From positions 23,244-87,243 of the forward strand of contig JACKFO010000002.1 in the NCBI GenBank assembly GCA_020632415.1: a stretch of DNA of 64,000 bases. The letters are read 5' to 3'. A model generated the notes under the pieces. The model ran no database searches and was not told where the DNA came from. It saw only the letters and a program-made list of their open reading frames with translations. This stretch comes from Candidatus Nomurabacteria bacterium (GTDB taxonomy: Bacteria > Patescibacteriota > Patescibacteriia > UBA1558 > GWA2-36-10). The position numbers and the translations under genes were made by a program. Shown in pieces: positions 9,881 to 18,226 of the stretch (position 1 is the first letter of the stretch; each line of letters begins with the position of its first letter).

Positions 9881-10039
9881 TCACTTGCTAGCTTTCTTGG
9901 TAGCAGTCTCTGCGCGAAGCTTCTCAAGTGCGGGCATGATGTACAAAATCATTTCTTCATCGGCTGGTGATACTCGTCTGTTGTTGAATGCATCGACGAC
10001 GATGGTTTCGCCGTTTCTTTCGACAATCTTGCAGCACAT
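9881..10039 (-). CDS. candidate small protein (52 aa), absent from the >=60-aa ORF track
   Basis: ATG preceded by GGAGAAAT SD at ideal spacing; relatively GC-rich; ends just before the bidirectional terminator. Translation: MCCKIVERNGETIVVDAFNNRRVSPADEEMILYIMPALEKLRAETATKKASK. Confidence 0.35.
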   Translation of the reverse strand: MCCKIVERNGETIVVDAFNNRRVSPADEEMILYIMPALEKLRAETATKKASK

Positions 10040-10133
10040 AGTAATTTCTCCTGGATGAACATTCGTTATTAGAAATACTAGGGATTAATTTTTATTTTGT
10101 CAATTGAAGCTAAAAAATGCTATAATAATTTCA

Positions 10134-10505
10134 ATGACAGGAAATATTTTTCTACAAACAATCAAAACTCTCTTCCTAGATTTTCTAGGGGAGATTTTGT
10201 ATTTTCCTTTTTGGTGGTACGGTAGTGGTTTGAAAAAAATTGTTTTATATATCTGGCAAAGTACCAGAAGATTAGCTGGAAATTTGTCTTTGCGCATTAT
10301 GCTCAAAAATCTTTTCCGCCCAATGTACGGTCAGTATGATCGAGCTGGTCGGGCAATTAGTTTTTTTATGCGCATCATTTTATTGTTTAGTCGTTTAGTT
10401 GTTTTTATTGTGCTGAGCATAATGTATCTTTGTATTTTATTAGTCTGGATGATTTTGCCGATTTTGATTCTTTGGCAGTTGCTTAGAAATTTGCATATTT
10501 TATGA
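10134..10505 (+). CDS. hypothetical polytopic membrane protein
   Basis: ATG 7 nt downstream of a perfect TATAAT (10121-10126); 3-4 hydrophobic helices; end overlaps the ClpC-like start. Confidence 0.5.
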   Translation: MTGNIFLQTIKTLFLDFLGEILYFPFWWYGSGLKKIVLYIWQSTRRLAGNLSLRIMLKNLFRPMYGQYDRAGRAISFFMRIILLFSRLVVFIVLSIMYLCILLVWMILPILILWQLLRNLHIL

Positions 10506-13207
10506 AGGCTATCAGATTCAAACAATGTGATCAGTGCCAAGACAAGAGCAAATCCTGTAATGCTTGTTTTGGAATAAAAAACTTTTATTTTTCTAATAAC
10601 AATTTTTTTTATTGGGATAAAAAAATAAATCGCAGCTCAATCTTGGTCAGAGAGTTGAGATTTTTTTTGGACTTGATAATCAATGCAGCTTTGATTGCGG
10701 CGACAATTTTTAGTGTAGTTTTAATTTATCGGATTTTAAATAGCGTTGAGTTTGATCCGAGGAATTTTTTGGATTTTTTGATTAGCCCTAGTCGTAATAA
10801 TTTTACCCTACTGATTTTACTTGTTTTGGACATGTATCTTTTTTATCGACTTTCTTTACCGGCTCAAAAAAGAGATTTGCAAGCCAAGCGACTTAAGGAT
10901 ACTAGTAAATTTACTCGTTATAATTTTGCTGAGAGCTTAAATCAAGAAACGGAAATGATTTTGGACCGAGCTTGGCTTTATGCTTTGCACAAAAAAGTTT
11001 GGCCAGTGACGGTTTGGCATTTACTTTTTGTTTTATTAAATGACAAAGACATTCGAGTTGTTTTAGCTCGCTTGGGAGTTGGTAGTAAAAATTTGCAAGA
11101 AATTATCGATAAGAATTTAGCTAGCTTAGTTGATAAAAATAATAATAATTCTTTAAGCAGAAAAGAAAAATTAGATTTAAGTTTTGAATTAAAAGAAGTT
11201 ATTTTAAACGCCTATTGGCATTCTAGCGTTGTTCGTAAGGATCAATATATCAAAGAGATTGATTTGCTAGCTGGTTTGGTTGCTTTGAGTCAAGATATCA
11301 AAGACTTTTTTTATGATTTTGAAATCGATGATGATAAAATAGACAATGTGATAGCTTGGATTGGTATCAATCTGCGCTTGGCAGAACGCTATCGTCGTTA
11401 TCGTGGTCGCTCGGCTTTTAAGCCAAAAACTGGCATTAATCGTGGCTACACGGCTATTGCCACGCCTCTTTTGGATAGTTTTTCAGCTGATTTAACTCAG
11501 GCCTCGCGCTTTGGTCGTTTGCCACTTTCTGTTGCTAGAGAAGCAGAAATTGCCGAAGTAATGTCAACAATGGAAAGTGATTTGGCTTCAGTAGTTTTGG
11601 TTGGGCCCAATGGAGTTGGTAAAACAAATATTATTGAAGGCATCTCTAATCGAATGATGGCCGAAGAAGTGCCAGCTATTTTTCAAGATAAAAGGTTAGT
11701 TAGTATTTCTTTGCCAATGTTAGTTTCCGGAGCATCAGAATCTGGCCGTTTGGAAGAGAGATTTTTAGGCATTTTAAACGAAGTGGCAATTTCTGGAAAT
11801 ATTATTTTAGCGATTGATAATATTCATAATTTGGTTGGCATCAGCTCAGCAGGACGAGAGGGCGTGGATTTATCAGAAGTTTTGGCTGCTGAAATTAGAA
11901 ACAAAAAAGTTTTGTTAATTGCTTCGACCAATAATCAAGATTATGTAAAATATTTAGAAGGAAGTGAACTTGGTCAAGCTTTGCGTAAAATAAATATCGA
12001 AGAGCCAAATAAAAATCAGGCAATTCAAATCATGGAAGCAAATGTCTCTTGGCTAGAAAATAAATATAAAATTTATTTTACTTACAATGCTCTTGAAAAA
12101 ATTTATCAGCTCACGGATCGTTATTTGCCTGATATGTATTTGCCAACCAAGGCTTTAAATATTATGGAAGAGATTGCCGTCAGAGTTTCTAAGTCAGGAA
12201 GACAGGATATGCTTGTTCGGGCAGAGGATGTAGCAGAATTGATTTCTCATAAAACACAAATTCCATTGACCCAAGTTTCTGATCAGGAATCTGTTAAGTT
12301 ATTAAATTTAGCAGAAGAAATGCATCAAAGAATAGTCGGGCAAGATGAGGCTGTCCAGAAGGTAGCAACTGCTTTACAGCGAGCCAGAGCAGAACTCAGG
12401 GATCAGAGTCGTCCGATTGCTAACTTTTTGTTTTTGGGACCAACTGGTGTTGGTAAAACAGAACTAGCAAAAACTGTGGCTGAGAAATATTTTGGTGCAG
12501 AGGAGAACATGATTCGTTTGGACATGTCTGAATACCAAAACAAAGATAGTTTGGATCGGCTTTTAGGCTCCAATACTCAGAGCACGCCTGGCATTTTGAC
12601 TGAGGCAGTCAGACACAAGCCTTTTGCGTTATTGTTGTTAGATGAGATTGAAAAAGCACACCCAGATATTTTAAATGTTTTTTTACAAGTCATGGAAGAT
12701 GGTCGTTTGACTGACGCTTTGGGCAGAACCGTTGATTTCACCAATGTGATTATGGTTGCTACTTCCAATGCCGGCACAGAGTATATTCAGCAACAAATTG
12801 AAGCTGGTCAAAAGATTGAAGATTTCCAAGAAGATTTAATCAAAACAAAACTACAGGGAATTTTTAGACCAGAATTTTTGAATCGTTTTGACAGTGTAGT
12901 GGTCTTTAGACCGTTAAATGAAAGTGAGATTTTACAAATCGCTGGTTTGATGCTAAATAAAGTTAAAAATAGATTAGAAGCCAAAGGCATTTATTTCGAA
13001 ATTACAGAGTCTGCACAAAAAGAATTAGCTCAACTTGGCTTTGATCCGGTATTTGGCGCTCGTTCTTTAAGAAGAGTGATTCAAGAAAAAGTAGACAATG
13101 CTCTGGCTAAGTTTTTGTTGCAAGGCAAGATTGGTCGACGAGACGTAGTGGTTTATGACCAAGGCGGAGAAATAAGTATCAAAAAAGCAGCTACTTATCA
13201 AAAATAA
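10502..13207 (+). CDS. ClpA/ClpC-like double-AAA+ ATPase with N-terminal Cys4 zinc ribbon and two predicted TM helices
   Basis: CDQCQ...CNAC ribbon; TM segments; Clp_N repeat; Walker A/B x2 (GPNGVGKT/ILAIDNIH; GPTGVGKT/LLLLDEIEKAHPD); sensor and C-terminal domain. Confidence 0.8.
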   Translation: MKAIRFKQCDQCQDKSKSCNACFGIKNFYFSNNNFFYWDKKINRSSILVRELRFFLDLIINAALIAATIFSVVLIYRILNSVEFDPRNFLDFLISPSRNNFTLLILLVLDMYLFYRLSLPAQKRDLQAKRLKDTSKFTRYNFAESLNQETEMILDRAWLYALHKKVWPVTVWHLLFVLLNDKDIRVVLARLGVGSKNLQEIIDKNLASLVDKNNNNSLSRKEKLDLSFELKEVILNAYWHSSVVRKDQYIKEIDLLAGLVALSQDIKDFFYDFEIDDDKIDNVIAWIGINLRLAERYRRYRGRSAFKPKTGINRGYTAIATPLLDSFSADLTQASRFGRLPLSVAREAEIAEVMSTMESDLASVVLVGPNGVGKTNIIEGISNRMMAEEVPAIFQDKRLVSISLPMLVSGASESGRLEERFLGILNEVAISGNIILAIDNIHNLVGISSAGREGVDLSEVLAAEIRNKKVLLIASTNNQDYVKYLEGSELGQALRKINIEEPNKNQAIQIMEANVSWLENKYKIYFTYNALEKIYQLTDRYLPDMYLPTKALNIMEEIAVRVSKSGRQDMLVRAEDVAELISHKTQIPLTQVSDQESVKLLNLAEEMHQRIVGQDEAVQKVATALQRARAELRDQSRPIANFLFLGPTGVGKTELAKTVAEKYFGAEENMIRLDMSEYQNKDSLDRLLGSNTQSTPGILTEAVRHKPFALLLLDEIEKAHPDILNVFLQVMEDGRLTDALGRTVDFTNVIMVATSNAGTEYIQQQIEAGQKIEDFQEDLIKTKLQGIFRPEFLNRFDSVVVFRPLNESEILQIAGLMLNKVKNRLEAKGIYFEITESAQKELAQLGFDPVFGARSLRRVIQEKVDNALAKFLLQGKIGRRDVVVYDQGGEISIKKAATYQK

Positions 13208-13221
13208 TCAAAAAAACTTAA

Positions 13222-13243
13222 GGAAAACCCTTAGGTTTTTTGT
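13222..13243 (+). terminator. AT-rich rho-independent terminator (ClpC-like)
   Basis: aaaccc-tta-gggttt-type hairpin plus T-run. Confidence 0.45.
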
Positions 13244-13307
13244 ATTTTTAGCAAAATTAAGTTATAATAAATTTACTATTGACAAAATTGTCATCTCGTG
13301 GTAATTT
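13238..13307 (+). promoter_or_regulatory. tandem sigma70-like promoters with operator-like dyads upstream of the high-GC island
   Basis: TTGTAT-N17-TATAAT (13238-13268) and TTGACA-N17-TAATTT (13279-13307). Palindrome TGACAAAATTGTCA overlaps the second -35; dyad CTCGTG-N8-CACGAG at 13295-13313. Confidence 0.4.
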
Positions 13308-13398
13308 CACGAGAACTTGTCAAAAGTCCGTTCTTTGACATCAGAGTTCAAAATCAAATTGAATACAACTGGGAAACCAAGAGAGGGAGAGAAATCTC

Positions 13399-14772
13399 AT
13401 GAAGAAGCTCAGTTCGCTCTGCATCGCCTTGCTGGCGATCGTTTTTGCTCTGCGTCCGGCTTCGGCCGAAACCTTCACCGTTCCGGACGATGGGACGATT
13501 CAGGATGGTGTGGATGTCACCGGCAGCGGTGATGATATCTACATCAGTCCGGGCGTGTATACCGAAACGGTGTACTTTGATGCGGACACCGTCAGCATCC
13601 ACGGCTTGGAGGCCGACCTGACCACCATCCGCAACGGCACTTTCGTCTTCAACGGCGGATCCACAATGGAAACCGTGCTTCATGATCTCGGCTTCGATGG
13701 TCCCGATGGCGCGGCGATCAGCCTTTTCAATGGCTCTGGCGTGACGGTTCAGAACGTGTTGATACGTGACAAAGAGGGAACGGCCGCGATTTTCGTGGGC
13801 AGCAATTCACATCTCGTCCTCAGCACGGTCTGGGCCTGGAACAATTCCAACGGTGCTCTGCAGGGCTATGCCACGGCCAGTAGCAATTTCGGTCAAATCG
13901 AGATCTACAACGCTCGTTTCGAAGGTAACGCCTTAAACGGTATTCCGACGATGATTCCGCAGATCGAGAATGGCCTTCTGACCTATCGACCCTACCAAAG
14001 CGATGATCGCAACCAGAACTTTGGTGGCGGCATCTACTTGCCTCTGGGCGGCGGTCGAGTCTCGATCTGGCGCAGTCTCTTGGCCAACAATGACGTGAAT
14101 TTCTTGGGCGGCGCTATCAGTGGCGGCAACGATGCCAACATTGATTCAACGATCGTCGATCTGGATCTCTGCACCATTTTCGGCAACGATGCTGGGCAGA
14201 ATGGATCGTTTTTCTATGGTCGCAATGGGAAAATTCGACTGAACATTTCCAATAGCCTGTTCGTCGACAACGGCATCAACGCCTTCGTCGGCAATGTCAG
14301 CTTCGAGGGGCACAACGTGGCCTGGCCGAACAACTACGACATTCCTGGCCTGATCGTCGAGGATCCTCTTTTCTGCGATCCGGATGGTCGCAATTTTCAG
14401 CTCGGCTACAGCTCCTTCTGCCTCCCCGAAAACAACCAGTGGGGGGAGCAGATCGGCGCCTTCGGCGCCGGTGAATGCGATGGAGTCGGTGTCGAGGCGA
14501 TCCAACAGCCGATCAACTTCGGCCTGACAGCCCATCCCAATCCTTTCAATCCCACGACCACCATCAACTTCAATCTGCAGTCGGCCAACCACGTCTCGCT
14601 GATCATCTACGACCTGGAAGGTCGGCTGGTGGCCAATCTGCTCGATGGCATGCTCGGTTCTGGACAGCACAGCGTCAACTTCGACGCCAGCAAGCTGTCC
14701 AGCGGCAGTTACTTCGTCTACATGACCACCAACGACCAGCAGCAGGTGATGAAGTTGCTGCTGCTCAAGTAG
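13399..14772 (+). CDS. secreted beta-helix-like protein with T9SS (Por) C-terminal sorting domain
   Basis: Signal peptide (LLAIVFALRPASA); Gly/Asn-rich parallel beta-helix-like repeats; C-terminus ...PNPFNPTTTINFNL...IYDLEGRLV...SGSYFVYM...KLLLLK typical of the T9SS CTD; SD GGGAGAG. Confidence 0.7.
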   Translation: MKKLSSLCIALLAIVFALRPASAETFTVPDDGTIQDGVDVTGSGDDIYISPGVYTETVYFDADTVSIHGLEADLTTIRNGTFVFNGGSTMETVLHDLGFDGPDGAAISLFNGSGVTVQNVLIRDKEGTAAIFVGSNSHLVLSTVWAWNNSNGALQGYATASSNFGQIEIYNARFEGNALNGIPTMIPQIENGLLTYRPYQSDDRNQNFGGGIYLPLGGGRVSIWRSLLANNDVNFLGGAISGGNDANIDSTIVDLDLCTIFGNDAGQNGSFFYGRNGKIRLNISNSLFVDNGINAFVGNVSFEGHNVAWPNNYDIPGLIVEDPLFCDPDGRNFQLGYSSFCLPENNQWGEQIGAFGAGECDGVGVEAIQQPINFGLTAHPNPFNPTTTINFNLQSANHVSLIIYDLEGRLVANLLDGMLGSGQHSVNFDASKLSSGSYFVYMTTNDQQQVMKLLLLK

Positions 14773-14827
14773 ATCTCAATCACCCGAAGGGCGGGTGTTG
14801 ACTTTATCTCTATGGAAAGGAGTGAGC

Positions 14828-15340
14828 ATGAGGAAACTCATTGTTCCGCTGCTGGCAGTGTTCTTGCTGCTGGCAGGCTGCGACTGCGTTCAGGCTCGCG
14901 GACCGACCACCGTCGATGAGAGTACGGGTCTGGTCTGCGACAACATGGGCAACTCCTGCGACATCATGATCAGCGGCCTCGGCTACGACGAACTCGCCTG
15001 GGAGGTCGAGTTCTCCGGCGTGGACATCAGCGACAACTCCTTCGTGGCGTCCGATTCCAGTCGGGACCTGCTGATCCTGGCGGTTGACAGCGGCGTCAAC
15101 GAAGGCTGTTTCGAGATCAGCTTCTATCCGGTGCTGATGAATTCGACGATCACCGGCGAGGCCTTCTCGAGCGACAAGATGGACACGGCGACGGCATTCC
15201 TGGCCAACATCGGCGAGGGCATCAACGGCGAAAACGGAGGCCGGCAAGTCCTCAAGTGTCTGATCGACAGCCAGTTCGTCAACGGCTACATGATCTGCCG
15301 CACCGACAACCGCGACGGGACGATCAAGTCCGCCGCCTGA
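14828..15340 (+). CDS. lipoprotein (lipobox LLAGC), unknown function
   Basis: Signal peptide plus lipobox; SD GGAAAGGAG; high GC. The track start at 14795 is a likely upstream extension. Confidence 0.55.
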   Translation: MRKLIVPLLAVFLLLAGCDCVQARGPTTVDESTGLVCDNMGNSCDIMISGLGYDELAWEVEFSGVDISDNSFVASDSSRDLLILAVDSGVNEGCFEISFYPVLMNSTITGEAFSSDKMDTATAFLANIGEGINGENGGRQVLKCLIDSQFVNGYMICRTDNRDGTIKSAA

Positions 15341-15395
15341 CCCAGGCTGTGTGCTAGAGGCGTCTAGTGCACAGCCAGAACTCTGAATTCCGCAC

Positions 15396-15436
15396 CCCCG
15401 CATCCGAGCTTGACTTGGATGCGGGGTTCTTTTTTT
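15396..15436 (+). terminator. GC-rich rho-independent terminator closing the high-GC island
   Basis: ccccgcatcc-(11-nt loop)-ggatgcgggg followed by TTCTTTTTTT; an additional hairpin at 15346-15378. Confidence 0.7.
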
Positions 15437-15528
15437 ACACCGATTATTAGCTTTGGAGTCAATATTGCTAAATATACTGATATTAGTTATAATTTTAATG
15501 ATTTTTATAGATTAAAATATTCTGTTTT

Positions 15529-16917
15529 ATGCAGCAAGAACGCAAATTTGATAAAGTAGTAAGTTTGGCAAAAACCAGAGGCTTTGTTTTTCCTTCTTCT
15601 GAAATTTATGGAGGCTTAGGTTCTATTTATGACTACGGTCCTTTGGGAGTTGAGCTAAAAAATAACATCAAAAAAGCTTGGTGGGATTTTATGAATGCTC
15701 GTCGTGATGTAGTTGGTTTGGATTCTGGAATTTTGATGCATCCAAAGATTTGGGAAGCTTCTGGACACGTTCAAGGCTTCAATGATCCTTTGGTGGATTG
15801 CAAAAAATGCAAAAGCCGTTTTCGAGCTGATCATTTGTTAGAAAATTTAGGAATTAAACCAGATTTTCGTCCGGGCGCCAAAATTGATTTGGCTGATGTA
15901 AGGTGTCCAGAATGTGGCGGAGAATTGACGGACATTCGTCAGTTTAATTTGATGTTCAAAACTTTTATTGGTCCATTAGAAGAAGAAGCAAACCAAATTT
16001 ATTTACGTCCAGAAACTGCTCAAGGAATTTATGTTAACTTTCTAAACGTTAAAGAAAGTATGCGTTTGAAAATGCCTTTTGGTATTGCTCAGATCGGCAA
16101 AGCTTTTCGTAATGAGATTACTCCGGGTAATTTTATTTTCCGTATGCGAGAATTTGAGCAAATGGAAATGCAATATTTTGTTGAAGAAAAAGAAGCTAAA
16201 AAAGTTTTTAAAAATTGGCAAGAATTACGTCGAGAATGGTACTTATCTTTGGGAATCGATCCAAAGAATTTGAAATTCAGAGAGCATGCCAAGGATGAAT
16301 TAGCGCATTATGCTCAAGCGGCAATTGACATTGAATATAATTTTGCTTTTTCAGGAGACGATAGCTTCAAAGAATTAGAAGGCGTGCATCATCGTGGTAC
16401 TTGGGATTTGAGTCAGCATCAGAAATTTTCTGGCCAGAAATTAACAGTCAAAGATGAAGAAAACAAAGACTATCTACCAACCGTGATTGAAACCTCTATT
16501 GGCGCTGATCGAGCTTTTTTAGCATTTTTGATGGACGCTTATACAGAAATTGATGGCGGTCGTAGCACAACTACCGAAAGCATCAAAGAAAAAGAAGTGG
16601 TTTTAAAACTTCATCCAAAATTAGCGCCGATTAAAATTGCTATTTTGCCACTTTCCAAAAAAGAACCACTAGCTGATAAAGCCAAAGAAGTTTATGAGTT
16701 GTTAGTAAAAAATTATCGTATTCAATACGATGAAACTGGTTCAATCGGCAAGCGTTATCGCAGGCAGGATGAAATCGGTACTCCGTATTGTGTGACTGTT
16801 GATTTTGATACTTTGGAAAATAACCAAGTGACGGTTAGAGACAGAGATACAATGCAACAGGAGCATCTTGATATTGCTGAGTTGAAAAATTATTTTCAAA
16901 AGAAGTTTGATTTTTAA
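15529..16917 (+). CDS. glyQS: glycyl-tRNA synthetase (alpha2 type)
   Basis: Class II motifs; Cys4 insertion (CKKCKSRF...CPECGG); anticodon-binding C-terminus. Confidence 0.9.
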   Translation: MQQERKFDKVVSLAKTRGFVFPSSEIYGGLGSIYDYGPLGVELKNNIKKAWWDFMNARRDVVGLDSGILMHPKIWEASGHVQGFNDPLVDCKKCKSRFRADHLLENLGIKPDFRPGAKIDLADVRCPECGGELTDIRQFNLMFKTFIGPLEEEANQIYLRPETAQGIYVNFLNVKESMRLKMPFGIAQIGKAFRNEITPGNFIFRMREFEQMEMQYFVEEKEAKKVFKNWQELRREWYLSLGIDPKNLKFREHAKDELAHYAQAAIDIEYNFAFSGDDSFKELEGVHHRGTWDLSQHQKFSGQKLTVKDEENKDYLPTVIETSIGADRAFLAFLMDAYTEIDGGRSTTTESIKEKEVVLKLHPKLAPIKIAILPLSKKEPLADKAKEVYELLVKNYRIQYDETGSIGKRYRRQDEIGTPYCVTVDFDTLENNQVTVRDRDTMQQEHLDIAELKNYFQKKFDF

Positions 16918-16947
16918 ATTTTAATTAAAATAAAAAGTTTTTTAAAT

Positions 16948-18216
16948 ATGTATAAACGAATTGTCCGAAAAGATGGCAGTGTAGTGATTTTGATGCCGCA
17001 AAAAGAAACCAAAGCAATCACTTTTGAAGTTCTATATAAAGTAGGAAGTCGCAATGAAAATGACAAAAATAATGGCGTTTCACATTTTGTTGAGCATTTG
17101 ATGTTCAAGGGTACCGAGAAGCGTCCAGATACAGCGACAATTTCTCGTCAGCTCGATGGCATTGGTGCTGAATACAATGCTTTTACCGGTAAAGATCATA
17201 CTGGTTATTATATCAAAGCTGATAATTCTCATTTGGCTTTGGCTGTTGAAATGCTTTCAGACATGCTGCATAATTCTAAATTTGATAAAGCTGAAATTGA
17301 TCGAGAGCGGGGAGTAATTGTCGAAGAAATCAATATGTATGAGGATAATCCGATGATGTACATTGAAGAAGTTTTTGAAGGCTTATTGTATCAGGGAACA
17401 GTTTTAGGCAGAGAGATTGCTGGTCCGCGAGAAAATATCAGAAATATTTCACGTAGTAGTTTATACAATTATTATCAAAAATATTATTACAGCGGTAATT
17501 CAGTTATTGGCGTGGCTGGAAATTTCAAAGAAGCAGAAGTTTTAAAATTATTGGACCTTTATTTTCCAGTAGTTAAAAAACAAAAGCGTGTAGAAAATAA
17601 AAAAGTTGTTTTAAAAAAACAAAGTACACCACAAGTCAAGATTTTGAAGCGTCAGTTAGAACAAGTGCAATTAACCATTGGATTTCCAAGTATCGCCAAA
17701 AATGATCAAAGATTTATTGTTTCACAGGTCTTGGCAAATATCTTGGGCGGTAATATGAGCTCTCGTTTATTTTTACAAATTCGAGAACGCCGAGGTTTAT
17801 GTTATTTTATTCGTGCGGGAGTTGATGGTTTTGAAGATATTTCTAGTTTCAGCATTCATGCGGGATTAAACAAAGAAAAAATTTACGAAGCTCTAGAAGC
17901 AATTAAAGTAGAGCTTAATAAAGCAAAAAATAAAGAAATTACAGAGGAAGAATTAAAACAGGCCAAAGAAAATATTAAAGGCAGATTAATTTTGAGGCTA
18001 GAGGATTCTGGCAGTTATTTGAGTTTATTATCAGGGCAAGAATTATTAGGCAAACCTTTAAAAAATTTAGAACAGATTTTAGTAGACTTGAATAAAATTA
18101 CACTTAAACAGGTTAATGATTTGGCTAGTGAAATTATTGATTGGTCAAGTAGCAATTTGGCAATCATTGGACCTTTTGAAAATAAAGATAAATTTATTAA
18201 AGTTTTAAAAAATTAA
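16948..18216 (+). CDS. M16-family (pitrilysin-like) zinc peptidase
   Basis: Inverted zinc motif HFVEHLMFKGT and a downstream E; two-domain M16 organisation. Confidence 0.8.
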   Translation: MYKRIVRKDGSVVILMPQKETKAITFEVLYKVGSRNENDKNNGVSHFVEHLMFKGTEKRPDTATISRQLDGIGAEYNAFTGKDHTGYYIKADNSHLALAVEMLSDMLHNSKFDKAEIDRERGVIVEEINMYEDNPMMYIEEVFEGLLYQGTVLGREIAGPRENIRNISRSSLYNYYQKYYYSGNSVIGVAGNFKEAEVLKLLDLYFPVVKKQKRVENKKVVLKKQSTPQVKILKRQLEQVQLTIGFPSIAKNDQRFIVSQVLANILGGNMSSRLFLQIRERRGLCYFIRAGVDGFEDISSFSIHAGLNKEKIYEALEAIKVELNKAKNKEITEEELKQAKENIKGRLILRLEDSGSYLSLLSGQELLGKPLKNLEQILVDLNKITLKQVNDLASEIIDWSSSNLAIIGPFENKDKFIKVLKN

Positions 18217-18226
18217 CAAAAAAGTT

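Larger units (their letters stand above)
13330..15440 (+). other. compositionally foreign high-GC island (two genes), no mobility genes
   Basis: Abrupt shift to roughly 60% GC and CTG/GGC/GAC-rich codons; boundaries fall in intergenic DNA; strong SDs unlike host genes; GC-rich terminator at the 3' end. Confidence 0.7.

Noticed and set aside
13317-15403. Six additional track ORFs inside the high-GC island (13317-13532 +, 13354-13683 -, 14146-14670 -, 14406-14606 -, 14475-14801 +, 14810-15403 -)
   Set aside because: They overlap the two well-supported + strand genes in other frames or on the opposite strand. Long spurious ORFs are expected in high-GC DNA. They lack SD or signal-peptide features, unlike the real genes.
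13258-15492. Shared 9-mer AGTTATAAT near both island junctions (13258-13266 and ~15484-15492) as a possible target-site duplication
   Set aside because: It is TATAAT-like promoter sequence in very AT-rich DNA and lies 70-130 nt outside the composition boundaries. It is too short and too degenerate to call a target-site duplication.
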